From contig CM052817.1 of assembly GCA_028534125.1 (NCBI GenBank), positions 81,098,001-81,162,000 on the forward strand: 64,000 bases of DNA, given 5' to 3'. The notes under the pieces were generated by a model, which worked only from the letters and a program-made list of their open reading frames with translations, searched no databases and was not told the DNA's origin. The translations under genes were made by a program, and so were the position numbers. This stretch comes from Lama glama. Taxonomy: Eukaryota. Position 1 is the stretch's first letter. Each line of letters opens with the position of its first letter. This document shows, piece after piece, positions 40,501-53,130 of the stretch.

Positions 40501-40848
40501 ATATATATTGCAAGATCAATATAAAGTGCATGATTAACTATAATTTTTGTTTTGTTAACATAAACTCTGAATTAACATACTCTGTCAAGTGTTCAGCATA
40601 ATCACATTAATGAAGAAGGAAATATGATTTTGTTTCTTTACATCACTGGCCATTAAAATAACCAAGTCAGTTAACCATATACTTCTTTAAGCTTTTTGTT
40701 TGTTCATTTGTTTGTGTTCTTGAGAAGTCTCAGTTATAGTGGCATAACTTCAACTGACATTAGTAATAAAAAGGGTAAAAGGTTATCTCCTGATTAACCG
40801 ACTTCATATTCATCATATTCATCAGTTCAACTGTTTATTGTTATCCAC

Positions 40849-41197
40849 TGTCTTAGTCCATTCAGGCTGCTTTTACAAAATACCACAGACTGGGCATCTT
40901 ATAAACAACAGGAATGTGTTTCTCACAGTTCTGGAGGCTGGAAGTGTAGGATCAAGAAGTCAGCGTGGTTTGGTGAAATCCTTCTCCCAAGTCTCAGACT
41001 TCTCATTGTATCTTCACATGGTGAAGAGGGGTAGGGATCTCTGTGGGGTCTCTTTTAAAAGAGCACTAATCCCGTTCGGAAGGGCACCTGCTTCCTAACC
41101 GAGTCACCCCAAAGGCCTACCTCCAAATATCATCACACTATGGATTAGATTTTTAACATATGAATTTGGGGGTAAAACAAACATTCAGACCATAGCA
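40849..41197 (-). mobile_element. MLT1A-type MaLR solo LTR with intact 5-bp TSD
   Basis: TG...CA termini (tgtcttagtcc...accatagca) flanked by tccac at 40844-40848 and 41198-41202. Confidence 0.95.
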
Positions 41198-42159
41198 TCC
41201 ACTATACACAGGCCACTTTAGAAACTGTGATCATACACATGTTTCTCAAATATGCTTCTTGGCCCACCTTAGTTGTATTTTTGTATATGTGAGTGTGATT
41301 ATACTTAACTCAGATGGGAAATGTGGCTTCATTCATGATCTAAGACACTTAAAATGTCTGCTCCAACCATAAATGATAGACCATAGGACAAACAGTCCCT
41401 ACATACCTTCCCCCACCATTAAATATTAAAAGTGAACTCACAGGCTAAATGGTAATGGGTGTCTTGAATGCGTAGTATAAACAGATCAATGAAATCACAC
41501 CTGATTAGTTTCCAGTTCATTAGAGAGAGAAATATTTCCAGGATAGTTATTGGCAGCACAATAGTCACACATTACACATTTGAAATCTTTTGACCAATAT
41601 GGAAGTGAAGAAATAGAGGAAAAAACAAATGCCAATGATTTGCTCATCCAATTAGTAAACATTCTTTTAGGTCCCTGACTCAGGCTCTTCTCACACTTGC
41701 AAAATGAAGACACTGATTTCCTTGGCTTTCATTTCAGTAACTTCAATTACACTACTCCTTTACTTTAGACTCTCTAATTAGGATATTAAATACCATCTAC
41801 TGGCCAAATAACATTTTTTTCTAAATTGGTACACTTATCTCCAGTTGTTTCCCAGTGGCCAAAATGATGAATTGACAATGAATTATGTCATATCCTGAAT
41901 CTATGTAATTCTTTTGCAGTTGTGTTAAATCTTTTGCTTTAACCAGCAAAATCAATCAACCAATCAGCTGACTAATCCCCCAAATCTATCATCATTTGCT
42001 AGTTTGAAATTAAAAGTATAAAGCATTTGGTCAGAATATCCTTACAAATGTAATTTGATAAACAGATATATACATATTATGTATGTATCATGTGTGTGTA
42101 TTTATACACAAATATGTGTATCCCTTCCTCTGCATATATAGATGGGTATAGATATATTC

Positions 42160-42880
42160 ATACCCTTGTGTGATCCTTTTCCCTAGAGTATAGATGGGAA
42201 CACATGACTTACTTCTGACCAACAAATTAAGGCAAAAGTGATGGAATGTATGTGATTATACACACATGATTATGTGAATATGTCGTAGAAGATTGTAAAC
42301 TGGAGTCTCATTTGGTGGCTTTGAGGAAGGGACGTTTCATGAATCAGGGAACTGCAGGTGGCCTCTAGTATCTGTGAGGGGTCTGCAGCCAACAGCCAGC
42401 AAGAAATTGAAATCTTCAGTCTTACAACCAAAAGGAAATTTATTCTGCCAACAACAGTTTGAACTTGGAAGCAAATCCTTCCCCAGTAGAACCACAGGTG
42501 AGATTCCAGGCACAACCAACACCTTGATTGCAACTTAGGCATAGCAATCAATGCCTTGTACTGCGGCTTGGAACCAGCGAAGGCATGCCCAGGCTCCTGA
42601 CACGTGGAAACTTTGAGATAATAAATGTGTATGGTTTTAGTCTGTTAAATTTATGAGATGTTATAATGCAACAATTGGCAACTCATCCAAATTTTAGTGC
42701 CTGGAAGTGTGATCCTGCTGGAAGAAACTGAACTAAAAATTGGGGAATTTGTTTTGGAACAGACGCTGGGTGGAAGCTGGAAGGATTATTGAGGAGCATG
42801 ACAGAGGAAGCCTAAAGAGCTGTAAGCAGACTATTAGTAGAAATCTGGACTTTAAAGATGTTGCCACTGAGAGCAGTTCA
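42160..42880 (+). mobile_element. MLT1E/F-type LTR plus the start of its internal region
   Basis: gccaacagccagcaagaaa...ggaaactttgagataataaatgtgt, then aattttagtgcctggaagtg...gaagctggaaggattattgaggagcatgacagaggaagcc (MLT1-int start). Confidence 0.85.
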
Positions 42881-44029
42881 AAGATTTTCTCATCTGTGAC
42901 GTCAGGATGAATACATTCCACTATTTTGTCACAAAATTAAAATTAAACCTCTGAGACTACTTATTATTAAAGTGTCCTTTTTTTCAAGCATGACTAAAAG
43001 TATTCCCTCTGGTTTAAGAATGACTGAGAAGGACCGCTTTCTGCCCCTGGGCAAGGCATCCCGCAGTGAATTGAAGTTAGGTTCTTGTCTACAAACTGAA
43101 GCACTAGTTAACCAAAACGGTGATTTTTCAGATGATGCTGGCAACTGATTTCTCTTTACAAATGAAAGCTGGGGCAGTAAGTGTTGAGGAAGCGTTGGTC
43201 AACCCCTATTCCTGCCCACTTAGCCTCCTTCACACTATTCCATGGCCTCGTGGCCCCTAAGGATGCTCCTTGGAAACAGATTAGCAACAAAATAGGGTAA
43301 TCTTTAAACTACATGATCCAAAGTCAGGTAAAATGTCAGCTAACTCATTCATATATGGATGCAGAGGACAAATAGACACCCCCCCCTCCACGTGTGGCTT
43401 TTTTAATACCTAAGTCAAAAAGTTGTGAAAAAATTATGTTATCTGTTTACAAGTAGTTAATTCACCCCCAGCCTGGAGCAGCTTGAGGAAACAGTTTACA
43501 AAAGTTTGCAAATGATGTGTCTGAAGAGCAGTCATATCAAATGACGATTCAAAGTAGTTCTGAACTTCAGAGTTCTTAACCTTAAAAATCTGATCAATAA
43601 TTCTGACAAAAAAACCTTTTTTTACGGTCTAGCAATATAAATCTTGTCATCACATTATGTGTCCTGAAATTCTGACAGGTTTATGTGTGACACTGAGGTC
43701 ACTTGTAAAGAGGGAAGTCTATAATTCAATGCTTTGTAGTCAGCTGCTCCCTTCAGGCAGTCTTGCCCTCAAAATTAATCAAGAATCTCTCTCCAGGGAG
43801 CCTCTTGCTTCCATAAACTACTAACATTTTAAATATGGAATTAAATTATTTTGTTGTATTACTACCAATTCTACTTTTAAAAAAAAAGTTCTTTGTAAGT
43901 AAGAAGGAAAACCACGGAGCTAGGACCAATATATGCTCATATAAGCCTTGCTCCAAGTCGGTGAACAGGAAAACCGCCCCTGAAGCTCTTCCTTGCTTGC
44001 CCTGCCTGTTGTTCATGGTGATGAGGTTA

Positions 44030-44200
44030 TGGCTTGTTCCTTAGCATGGATTCTGCTGCATAGTCCTCACGGTGACATTGCATGAAACCATTGTTATAAA
44101 CATTTTACATGAGAGGAATCTGAATGTCAGATAAACGAAAAAATCTTGCTTCCAGTCACATAGCTAGTACGTGACAGAGCTAAGTTTTTGATTAATCAGA
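44030..44200 (-). mobile_element. MIR fragment
   Basis: cattttacatgagaggaatctgaatgtcag...gtcacatagctagtacgtgacagagc. Confidence 0.7.
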
Positions 44201-44242
44201 GTAAAGATAACAACACATAGAAATAGGAAAAAGCAGCTTTGA

Positions 44243-44293
44243 GTGCGTGTGTGTGTGTGTGTGTGTGTATGTGTGTGTGTGTGTGTGTGTGTG
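44243..44293. repeat. Interrupted (GT)n microsatellite
   Basis: Read directly, two interruptions. Confidence 0.95.
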
Positions 44294-44377
44294 AGACTCG
44301 CTGGCTGGTCTGATTTGTATAATGCCTATGGCTAAGAATCTTACTAGGTATCACAGAGGATGCCTATAATGGATGCT

Positions 44378-44600
44378 CCATTCGTTCGTTCATTTCGTAA
44401 AGACATACGTAGGCACAGTTGTATGCCATATTAAATGTTGGGGACTCCTTGGTGAAGAAGATGCCATTGACATAGATTTCAGTTGGAGAGGCAAAAATAT
44501 TAAACCAAATTAGCCCTGATAAGTTGTGACAATTACTGTGATAACTGAAACACAGGATACCTAAAGAAACATGGTCATGGGTACTTAAACTAGTTTGAGC
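44378..44600 (-). mobile_element. L2 3' end fragment
   Basis: cattcgttcgttcatttcgtaaagacatacgtaggcac...gttggggactccttggtgaagaagatg. Confidence 0.55.
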
Positions 44601-45609
44601 CTAAGGTATTTGTAACCATCACGTTGTTTCACACATACACACACATAATTATATCCACAAGTATCTAACAGTTTTCTGCTTTTAACATTTGAAGGGAGAC
44701 TGCCTCTCATCACAGAGAAGTTGCTCTATTAGATCCTAAGTGACTTGAGATGAGTGCCCTGCAAGTGTGTCTGAGGTGACCAGAGATAGCCACTGTCGGC
44801 CTTAGGTTAAAGGATGGTTACTGTGCGGCTGTCCACTTGCTTTACGTGGCCTTGGGGAGTTGGTTCCGTGGCCATAATCAGTTAACACCTCCTGTTAGTC
44901 AGAGATAAATTGCCAGTGGCATTCCAGTGGCCATGTGAAAACGCAGTGCAAAATATTCCTCTGTACATCCTGCAAAGAGCAGTGAGGAATCGTCATCCTA
45001 GAGCCGTGCGGACACGTTGACATCACTGCCAGACTTCCACCAGTTCGTAGCCTCACCCTTCTGTGAACGTGGGGGCTCACTATGAGTGACTGCTGGGACC
45101 TTCAAGAGTCTGTCCCATGTGTTCGTGAGCTGCCCAAGGGAGCCTGGGGCTCATCATGCTCCTTTTAACTCCTGGAGGGGAATCCCTCCTGATGACAGTT
45201 TCCTGGGGGTATTCTGGCCCCAGAGACAACTGTCTGCTCTGAATGTGAAGGCTAGTAATTTTCTTACTTCTGTGTTATTTGTTTTATAAGGTTTTATCCA
45301 TTTTAATTGGATTATAATTTTTGCTTCCCACATGCATCTCTTTATCATCAGGTGCCTGGATTGCAAGGTGTGGGGCTAAGCACTGCCCTGTAACAAGAAC
45401 ATGCTGCTCTCAGATTCGCACCCTCCCATTGGCCCCCTCAGGATTCCTTCTGTGTGGTGAGTCCTCTCAGAGGCTGCAGAGCCCTTACATTTTTGTTACT
45501 GTGTCTCCTGCATTTTTAGGTCTTCATAAGTCTCAGCTGACTTGGGGATGGTCAGCTCCCACGCAGACCAACATCTGCAAGGAGATACATGACAAAAAGA
45601 CAGGTGGCA

Positions 45610-45668
45610 TGTGTGTGTGTGTGCGCGTGTGTGTCTGTGTGTGTGTAGAGAGAGACAGAGACAGAGAG
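45610..45668. repeat. Compound (TG)n(GA)n microsatellite
   Basis: Read directly. Confidence 0.9.
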
Positions 45669-45701
45669 CATCTTAGGCAAGATACTTTGAAACAGTGGTC
45701 C

Positions 45702-46280
45702 CTTTGAGTACTATGCTGGCAGTGGGTTTGTCATAAATAGCTTTTACTATGTTGAGATATGTTCCCTCTATACCCACTTTGGTAAGAGTTTTTAGCATAA
45801 ATGGGTGTTGAATTTTATCAATTCTTTTTCTGCGTCTATTGAGATGATCATGTAGTTTTGTTCTTTCTCCTGTTGTGGTGGTGTATCATGTTGATTGATT
45901 TGTGTATATTGAACCATCCTTGTGTCCCTGGAATGAATCCAACTTGATCATAGTGTATGATCTTTTTTATGTGCCGTTGGATTCTGCTTGCTAATATTTT
46001 GTGGAGAATTTTTGCGTCTATGTCCATAAATTATATTGGCCTGTAATTTTCTTTTTTGGTAGTGTCTTTGATTTTGGTATCAGGGTGATGGTGGCTTCAT
46101 AGAATGAGTTTGGGAGTACTCCCTCCTTTTCAGTCTTTTGGAAAAGTTTGAAAAGGATTGATAGGAGTTCTTCTTTATATGTTTGGTAGAATTCCCCAAT
46201 GAAGCCATCTGGTCCTGGAATTTTGTTTGTAAGGAGGTTTTTTTGTTTTTTGTAATTGCTGATTCTATTTCATTTCTAGT
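45702..46280 (-). mobile_element. Internal LINE-1 ORF2 fragment (Z domain and N-terminal RT), disrupted
   Basis: Minus translation gives [18 protein letters not shown]...[15 protein letters not shown]...[20 protein letters not shown]...[15 protein letters not shown]...[19 protein letters not shown], with a stop and frameshifts. Confidence 0.95.
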
Positions 46281-46639
46281 AAAAAGAAAAAAATAATGGT
46301 CCTGTGTTTATCAGGACATCCCATTCAAATAAGATTTCTGGTTGTGGTAGAAATTAGTGAGGACCTCAGCATCCAGAGATGACAATTCTTATTACTCATA
46401 TGTGTATTAAAGTTATTCATATGTGCATATTATGAAGGGAGATTAATTGTTAAGTTGCAAAAAGAGGCAGAGACTCTGAGCTGAGAGAGATAACAAGATA
46501 CCTGGAAGGTTGTAGCATGCTGGCTTATTAAAGATTGATCACTAGAAAACTAGGGGAAGGAGGAGAAAAGGAAAAACAACAGCAACCAGCAGGAGGTCTC
46601 AGGAGGACCTAAGATGAAAAATGAGGAGGCCAGGGACAG

Positions 46640-47160
46640 CCTGCTTCCTCACTGCCCAGAGAGGGAAATCCCTAGACGCTGTAAGGCCCCACGTGTGCGG
46701 GGCCTTCATCTCTCTGACTTCAGGCACCGCCTCCTCTTTGCTTACTCTGCTCCTGCCACCATGTCTTCCTTGTTCCTCCTCCAACACGTCACGTGTGTTC
46801 CCTCCTCTGACCCTTTGCTTGGAGTGCTTTCGCCTTAGATGTTCTCACGGCCAACTCTCTCCCCTCTTTCAGGGCTCTGCTCAGTTGCCATCTTCTCAAC
46901 AAGTCTCAACCTGGACATCATTTTAAAGAGTGTGACCAGCCCTCCCCCTAGCACGCCGATCCCCTGTGCACTAATTTTCCCATGGAGTTTTGATATCACC
47001 CTCTAATATACAATAGGTTATGCTTATTATTTCCATTTTTTTGCTCAGAGCTCCACAAAGGCAGAGATCCTCATTCCCACTCCCCTTGCCTCACTGATAC
47101 ATCCCAAGAGTCTAGAACGGAGAACACTGAATGCCAGTATCTGGTGAATGAATTAATAAA
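46640..47160 (+). mobile_element. L2 LINE 3' end
   Basis: tactctgctcctgccaccatgtcttccttgttcctcctccaacacg...gctccacaaaggcagagatc...atctggtgaatgaat. Confidence 0.85.
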
Positions 47161-47299
47161 TCTCTGGAGCAGAAGTCAGATGTGCTTCTGTGCTCACAGT
47201 CAAAAGGCTCCAGTTGCTTGGATGACTGGATCAGAGCCAGGTTTCTTGACAGGTGGCTATCTGAGAGTCCCTGGTTTGGGCTGGTAGGACCTGGATAGG

Positions 47300-47815
47300 A
47301 AGCATAGCTGGATGGTTGTGGGCCCAGATGTCTACTCCCCTCCCAGCAGAAACCCCAGGGTTAGGTCGGCAGGTGAAATGTCCTTGATAGGTTTGGGGGA
47401 ATTTGAACGTGAAGCAGACTGTGTGGCAAAGACAGCACAGCTACATGGTCATCAGGATAGTTTCTTCTTCTCCCTGGGCACATTTCTTGACTGTGTTTCC
47501 CAGCTCCTTTCCAGATCAGGGCAGATGATATGACTTGTTCTTGTCAGTGGAGTGTGAGAAGTGGTGTCATCATCCCCCAGACCTCTAACGAGGGACTGAC
47601 CGCCAGGATCCTTCCTGCTGTCTTCTTCTTTCCTCTCTTAGTTACAAAGGATCCACAGGAGGCTTCCACTAGATGGAAGGAATGTATATCCCAGAATTAT
47701 TGTAGGGGACAGGGCCCCTCAGCGTACATAGGGTGATGATGTGAGAAAGAAACAAACACATCTCCATTGCATTACTAGCCTGGTTTTGTGGGATTTTTAC
47801 TTAGAGCAATGCATA
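47300..47815 (+). mobile_element. MLT1-type MaLR LTR
   Basis: cacatttcttgactgtgtttcccagctccttt...atgacttgttcttgtcagtggagtgtgagaag...gatgtgagaaagaaacaaac. Confidence 0.65.
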
Positions 47816-48586
47816 TAATCTGTGTAGTTTGGGGGAAGCGACAAACCTTCAGGGGACAACTCACTTTATGGTCTATCAGGGTCTACAGGCCCCAAGGCTC
47901 CTGCATTGAGTGAGATAAAAGTCTAATATAAGTGAAGTAGAAGCTAAGCTCGCTTATGGAAAAATACTTATAGTCCTAATTCCTAATATTCTCAGTTTCT
48001 GGATCCAAAGTAGTGTGGTCATCCCCTAGTTCTTAGATACCTCATTGTTTTTAGATAAGTCTATTGCTGTCCTTTTTATGCTCATATGTAAAAAAAAGTG
48101 GAAATCTAACATTAGAAAACAGTTAGCTCTGCCTAGAGGACCCATAATTGGGTGAAAGGAGATCTTTCCTAGAAAAATGAGCCTACAGGCTAGACATATA
48201 GACCATCCTTAAAGAAAGCAAGAAGTTAATTTATTAAGTAATAAGAGCCGTTGACACATTCTCATCAAAGATTGTAATTTAAGCTCTAGAACTGAAATAT
48301 GGACACAAGACTAACAATATAAAGCTAAATGCAAAAAAAAAAAAAAGGTAAATGTGAAACTGTGAGAAGTCAAGATTAGAAGACCCTAGAGAAGACACAT
48401 CCTGGGGGTATCTGTATACTTTTCTTGATGCTGTGATCATGTTCGTTGTCTCCGTAAGAGGGTGGGTGGAGTGCTATGCTCCGTTGCGTGCTCTACTGAA
48501 GCTTGTGCTTCAGCCTCATCTGGCTTATTAAACTGTCTCCTGGAACCAGGTTTGACATTTTTGGGGGTTCATTGAACCTCAAGAGC

Positions 48587-48775
48587 CAGGGTCAATAAAC
48601 TATAGTCTGAGGGCCACCTCCCATCTGCCAACTTTTGTAAGTAAAGTTGTCCGGGACCGCAGCCACTCCCATTTGTTTATGTAGCATCTGTGGCTGTTTT
48701 TACAACGTTGAGTAGTTGCACAAAGCCTGTAATATATACTGTCTGTCTTTTTATAAAAAATTATGCCAATCCATC
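48587..48775. mobile_element. MER58A hAT-Charlie MITE
   Basis: cagggtcaataaactatagtctgagggcca...ttttgtaagtaaagtt...cagccactcccatttgtttatgtagcatctgtggctgtttt. Confidence 0.85.
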
Positions 48776-49119
48776 CTCTCATGCATGTTATTTGCACACT
48801 TCTTGCCACCTCACTGTTTAGTACAATAATCCTTATCCTTTAAGTTGATCTTAAGCTGCCGGTGGTTCGAGTCGGTATACTTCCACATGTCTCCTTTTTC
48901 AGTATCTTTCCATAGAAGAACAATAAATATTTGTTGTGTTACAATGAATGAATGTTTACAACAAAATCTTGCAGTCTTACTTGAGGGAAGCTATAATCAG
49001 GCTCTAATATACTTTGGACCCAGTATTTGTTTAAAATTTCTGCAAAGTGTAAGCAATCACTTTTTTCTGGTGTTTTGTGTTCTCTATTTAATCAAATAAA
49101 TTATTTTTATCTTTTGACT

Positions 49120-49495
49120 TCTTATTGCTGTGGCAGTTTTAGCCAGTTCCCTGTAGTTCTGACTTTGCCTCTCATAGTGCAGAGTGTTGGGAAGTGGCCA
49201 CCCAGAGACTTTGCTGTTAGTGTGACCATGTGACAAGGTCTTGCCAATAAATGGCACTTTCAGGGGAAGCAGTTTTTAAGAAGTTGATATACGGCCTCCA
49301 CTCTCCATCTTCTCCCTTCTACCACCAGAGTTCAGTGGATCCTGAGGCTCTAGGGGGCTGGCAGAGTCGCAGATGGAAAGAGCCTGATCGAAACATTTGC
49401 ACTGGATGCTTAAACGGATGAGGAATAAGTCCTCCTCATGTTCATCCCATAAAACGTGGAGGTTTCTTTGTTTTAGGAGCTAAGCTACATCAGTG
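49120..49495 (+). mobile_element. MLT1-type MaLR LTR
   Basis: gttagtgtgaccatgtgacaaggtcttgccaat...ggcagagtcgcagatggaaagagcctg. Confidence 0.65.
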
Positions 49496-51153
49496 AATAA
49501 CGTTTCTTGGGCAATAGTGTGTTTTCTTCATCTCTTCCCAACAATTAACTGTCCTCAGAGTTATAGCATTCATTAACTCATGAACAGGCAGGAGTTTTTT
49601 CCTTTCCGATGATGTTATCTCTGGGCTAATCTAAGACGCATGTGAAATACATGCAAGAGAAGCCCATGAGCACTTTTAAATCCCCAGTGATGTGGCTTAA
49701 CGAATAGGCCCCTCCAGACCATGTCCTACAGCCCTCAGAGCTTTGCAGCTTGTCTTGCCCACTACACGAGACGGGTTCTTAGCAGCATATCTCTGCACAT
49801 ATGCATTTGTGCAGGTTGGTCCTCGCCCTGAGTTCCTCGTAACAGAAGCAGGCTCAGGGCCAGGCAGACGGGCACATTTTGTGCTTCGTGGATCTTTTGC
49901 TTTCCTTAGTTTTCTTTGCCTTGAGTGCATGACAACAAAATGACTGAAATAACAAATTCAGTTAAACAAATTTGATTTTTAATATGATAGCTGCTATCTA
50001 GTTTTAATTTTGGGATGCAAAATTTTTATTTTTACCAAATTACTCAGATTAAGTCATCTTCCCCCCCCCCATTGGCAAAATTAGAATTCTTAATGTCTGT
50101 ACATACCAAATGATTTTCATTTGACCTGAATTTAGTAACACAGTCGAATGTCTTTTATTAGCCACAGAACTTATTGTTTAAATGAAAGGGGCTGCCCACT
50201 GTGGTAAGTGGATGCATGTGTATGACATCCTCTGGCTGGGGTGGGAGGGTGTGTGTAGGGGCAGACCTCTCTCCCACTGTCTGGTTGGGGGCCCCACACA
50301 GGCCCCCCAGCACCCCCAGAACTTTGTAGGGCATAGTCTTAAATCCACTGAAGATTTAAATCAAATTAGTACAATTTCTATTAGAGAGTTGCATATATTT
50401 CCTTAGTTCAGTGTCTAGGGTTATGTATTAAACAAATAAGCAAACAGAAACACTGGCAGGGCTTAATTCAAAAGAACATGTTTTTACTTTGGATACCTTA
50501 GAAGAAGATTTAAGTACCATTTACCAGAAAATTCAAACCATTATTCACCTTACCATTGCTTATGGATGTCATCAAGACATTTCATTTTGAAGTACTTAAC
50601 ATTTTAAAAAGCTCTATTTCTGAAAATCCAAATAATTCCTTTAGTCAATGAGGAGAACAGAAGTTTCTGCTGAGTGGTAATATGACCCAGAAATAGCATT
50701 ATACTCTCCACATACGGGTTTGGCTCATTCTTTCACCTTTGAGTAGAAACAGAAATAAAAGTACTTGTAGCCATTTCTGAACCTTCAGTCAAAGTTAAAA
50801 TTATTTAAGTTTATTAATTTCTTTGTCAGTTCTATAAGTTAGGAATATCTAGTGGAATACTGTTTTGTTTCCTACTGATCTTATCACCATTATTATATCA
50901 TAAAGCACTATTCATTTATCATAATTCATTTAATTACATTTATGTGCGTATAATCATAAAACAAATCTTAGCAAGGTACATAGTTATAGCACATATTCAG
51001 TAGATGATCACTTTGGCTGTCCTTATTTATAAAGACCTTACAGAGTATCAGAAGTCTAGAATTTGAAAATAAATGGAGCAACACAATGTGCTCTACCCAG
51101 AAGAAGCCCTTCTCATTAAGGAGCCCTTTTCCTAGAAATAAAATGGAAGACTA

Positions 51154-51172
51154 CTGTGCCATCTAGTGGACA
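51154..51172 (-). promoter_or_regulatory. Candidate CTCF site
   Basis: Minus strand TGTCCACTAGATGGCACAG is a near-consensus CTCF core in apparently unique sequence. Confidence 0.65.
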
Positions 51173-52699
51173 TTTTGAGAAATGGAAAAGTGTGTTTTTA
51201 TTGTTTCAAATAAAATTGTATTAAATTTCACCAAAACGCTGAATTTTTCTTGAGCAAGGTAACACCTGCTCTCTTTGTTGCTTTTGGAAGATATTGTGAG
51301 GATTTATGAATGCATTGGATAAGATAATCTTCAGAAAGTGGTTTGAAAAAAATGGGATTTAGAAATTCCAGGATAGAAGCTAAAAAATGTACACTGCCAA
51401 ATGAATGTTTTCACCTGTGGAGTATCACAAAGCAAGAGTGAGAGAGAGAGAGAAAGAGAGAGACAGACAGGGTAGAAGGAGAGGGAAATTGATCTACTTA
51501 TTGAATTGTTCAAAAGGAGGAACAAATAAAAAAGTACTGTGTAGCAAATTTTTCAAGCTTAAAAACAGAAGTCCCCAGGGTAGAAAGAATAACTTTTTAG
51601 TCTAACATATGGATAGTTTGGCAAAGAAGGAAAATGTCTTTTGGAAGAAGTTCCGATGTCTGGGAAGAGGGAGGAAGGGGCAGATGAGGAACAGCTGCTG
51701 ACAGGAAGTCCAGTGTGCACGAGGCTCTGCAGCTCTGCAGCGGGAGAGCATGCTTGCTGGTGACACTTTGCCTCTGCTTCACCTGAGCATTACTGGGTTG
51801 TGGTGGGAGGGAAACCAGGAGGTTAAAGTATAATTAAAGGAGGCCTTTCAGTAAACTGGCTGCTAACCGTTTATATGGCCTTGTTAAAATGAAATAGTAT
51901 CACAGAAAGGCAGACTGGCAGATCACTTCCTGTTTCACCCCATGGAGAGCCACCCTCTGTTTGAGCCCTGAGCCTTCTGCCAGTTCAGTCCTTGCTGGAC
52001 CTGTCAGTGGGTTTTGATGGGCCCAATAGGGCTCTACTATCATGAAGCAAAAGAGGTTAAAGGGAAACCAGACAGTTGGAGATTTTAAAACTTTTGATAG
52101 CCATGTCCATTGTGCTAACACTTCTCAGCACGTGAGAACAATGTGCAGTGGATCAGATGGCAAGGCGATGCTCTGTGTCCCGGGGAGAGTGACAAGGGGA
52201 AGGCCCTTAGTTTGGGATTATCTTGGGCTGCAGTAGTGAGGACAGATTAGGTTCTGATCCAGTTCATTTGAAATAGCCAGTCTTAGACAAGGGGGTGCTA
52301 ATAAATAGGGAAAATAAAACCGGGACTACTAGCCTCTGTAAAATGGAGAGAACATTTTTTGAGACCTAAAGGGATGATGTCCTACTGGCAGGAAAAAGAT
52401 AACTCCCAACCCCACCTTCTCCTATTGGTAGCCTTTTGAAAGGAAAAAAAAAAAGTAGAGAAATAATATTTCATGGAGCAGGCAAGATGGAAGCATTTTA
52501 CAACATCATGTGGATTTGGGGCATACAGGAGTATGGTGAGCTCTTTAGATAGTGGTAGGGACTTCAGCTGCCTGGGAACTGAATGTGGCCCTATGGACTG
52601 AGCCTGAGGGCAGGGAGTCCCGTGGGGCCCCAGAAACATTTCTGTGCCGACCTCCTACTGAGTTACAGAAACGTGGCGCTGAGTGTTATGTTTTTGCTG

Positions 52700-53130
52700 T
52701 GTAACTTCTTCTTTCTGGATATAGCTCAGTGGGTCGAATGTGGGCAGCTAAGTGACACTGAGCCCATCAGATTCTCTCTTTCAGAAACAGAGCTGGGACC
52801 ACTTCCAATTAGGACCTGAGGCTACAAGAATAGACCTCCAACATTTAAACTGGAGAACTGTGCCTCATCCATGGTTTGCTTGTGGGCAAAGCAGAAAAAG
52901 CCAGTCCGCAGGGAGATGAAGGGAAACAATGCAGAGGAGGAGCAGAGAGGAGGAATACTAAAAGAAACATCCAAAAGATTTTAAATTCTTCGTTCTAGTT
53001 CCTTTCCTTGGCCAGCCATATTTCTGCCCTGGGGTTTCACTAGACACCTCTGTATCCGTACAGTGCATTCCCATTTGGTTTAAGAAAGCCTACATGAATA
53101 TCTGTTAGTTGTGCAAAGATGCTTAACCAT
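52700..53130 (+). mobile_element. ERVL-type LTR (LTR33/LTR16-like)
   Basis: gtgacactgagcccatcagattctctct...ctctgtatccgtacagtgcattcccatttggtttaag...ctgttagttgtgcaaagatgcttaacca. Confidence 0.5.

Noticed and set aside
33999..41197. The two MLT1A LTRs as ends of one provirus
   Set aside because: The right LTR has its own TSD on both sides, and the intervening DNA is older L2, MER5A, L1M and unique sequence.
47663..47682. CCACTAGATGGAAG CTCF-like motif
   Set aside because: The 3' half deviates from consensus, and it lies in an MLT1 LTR where agatggaagga is a consensus feature.
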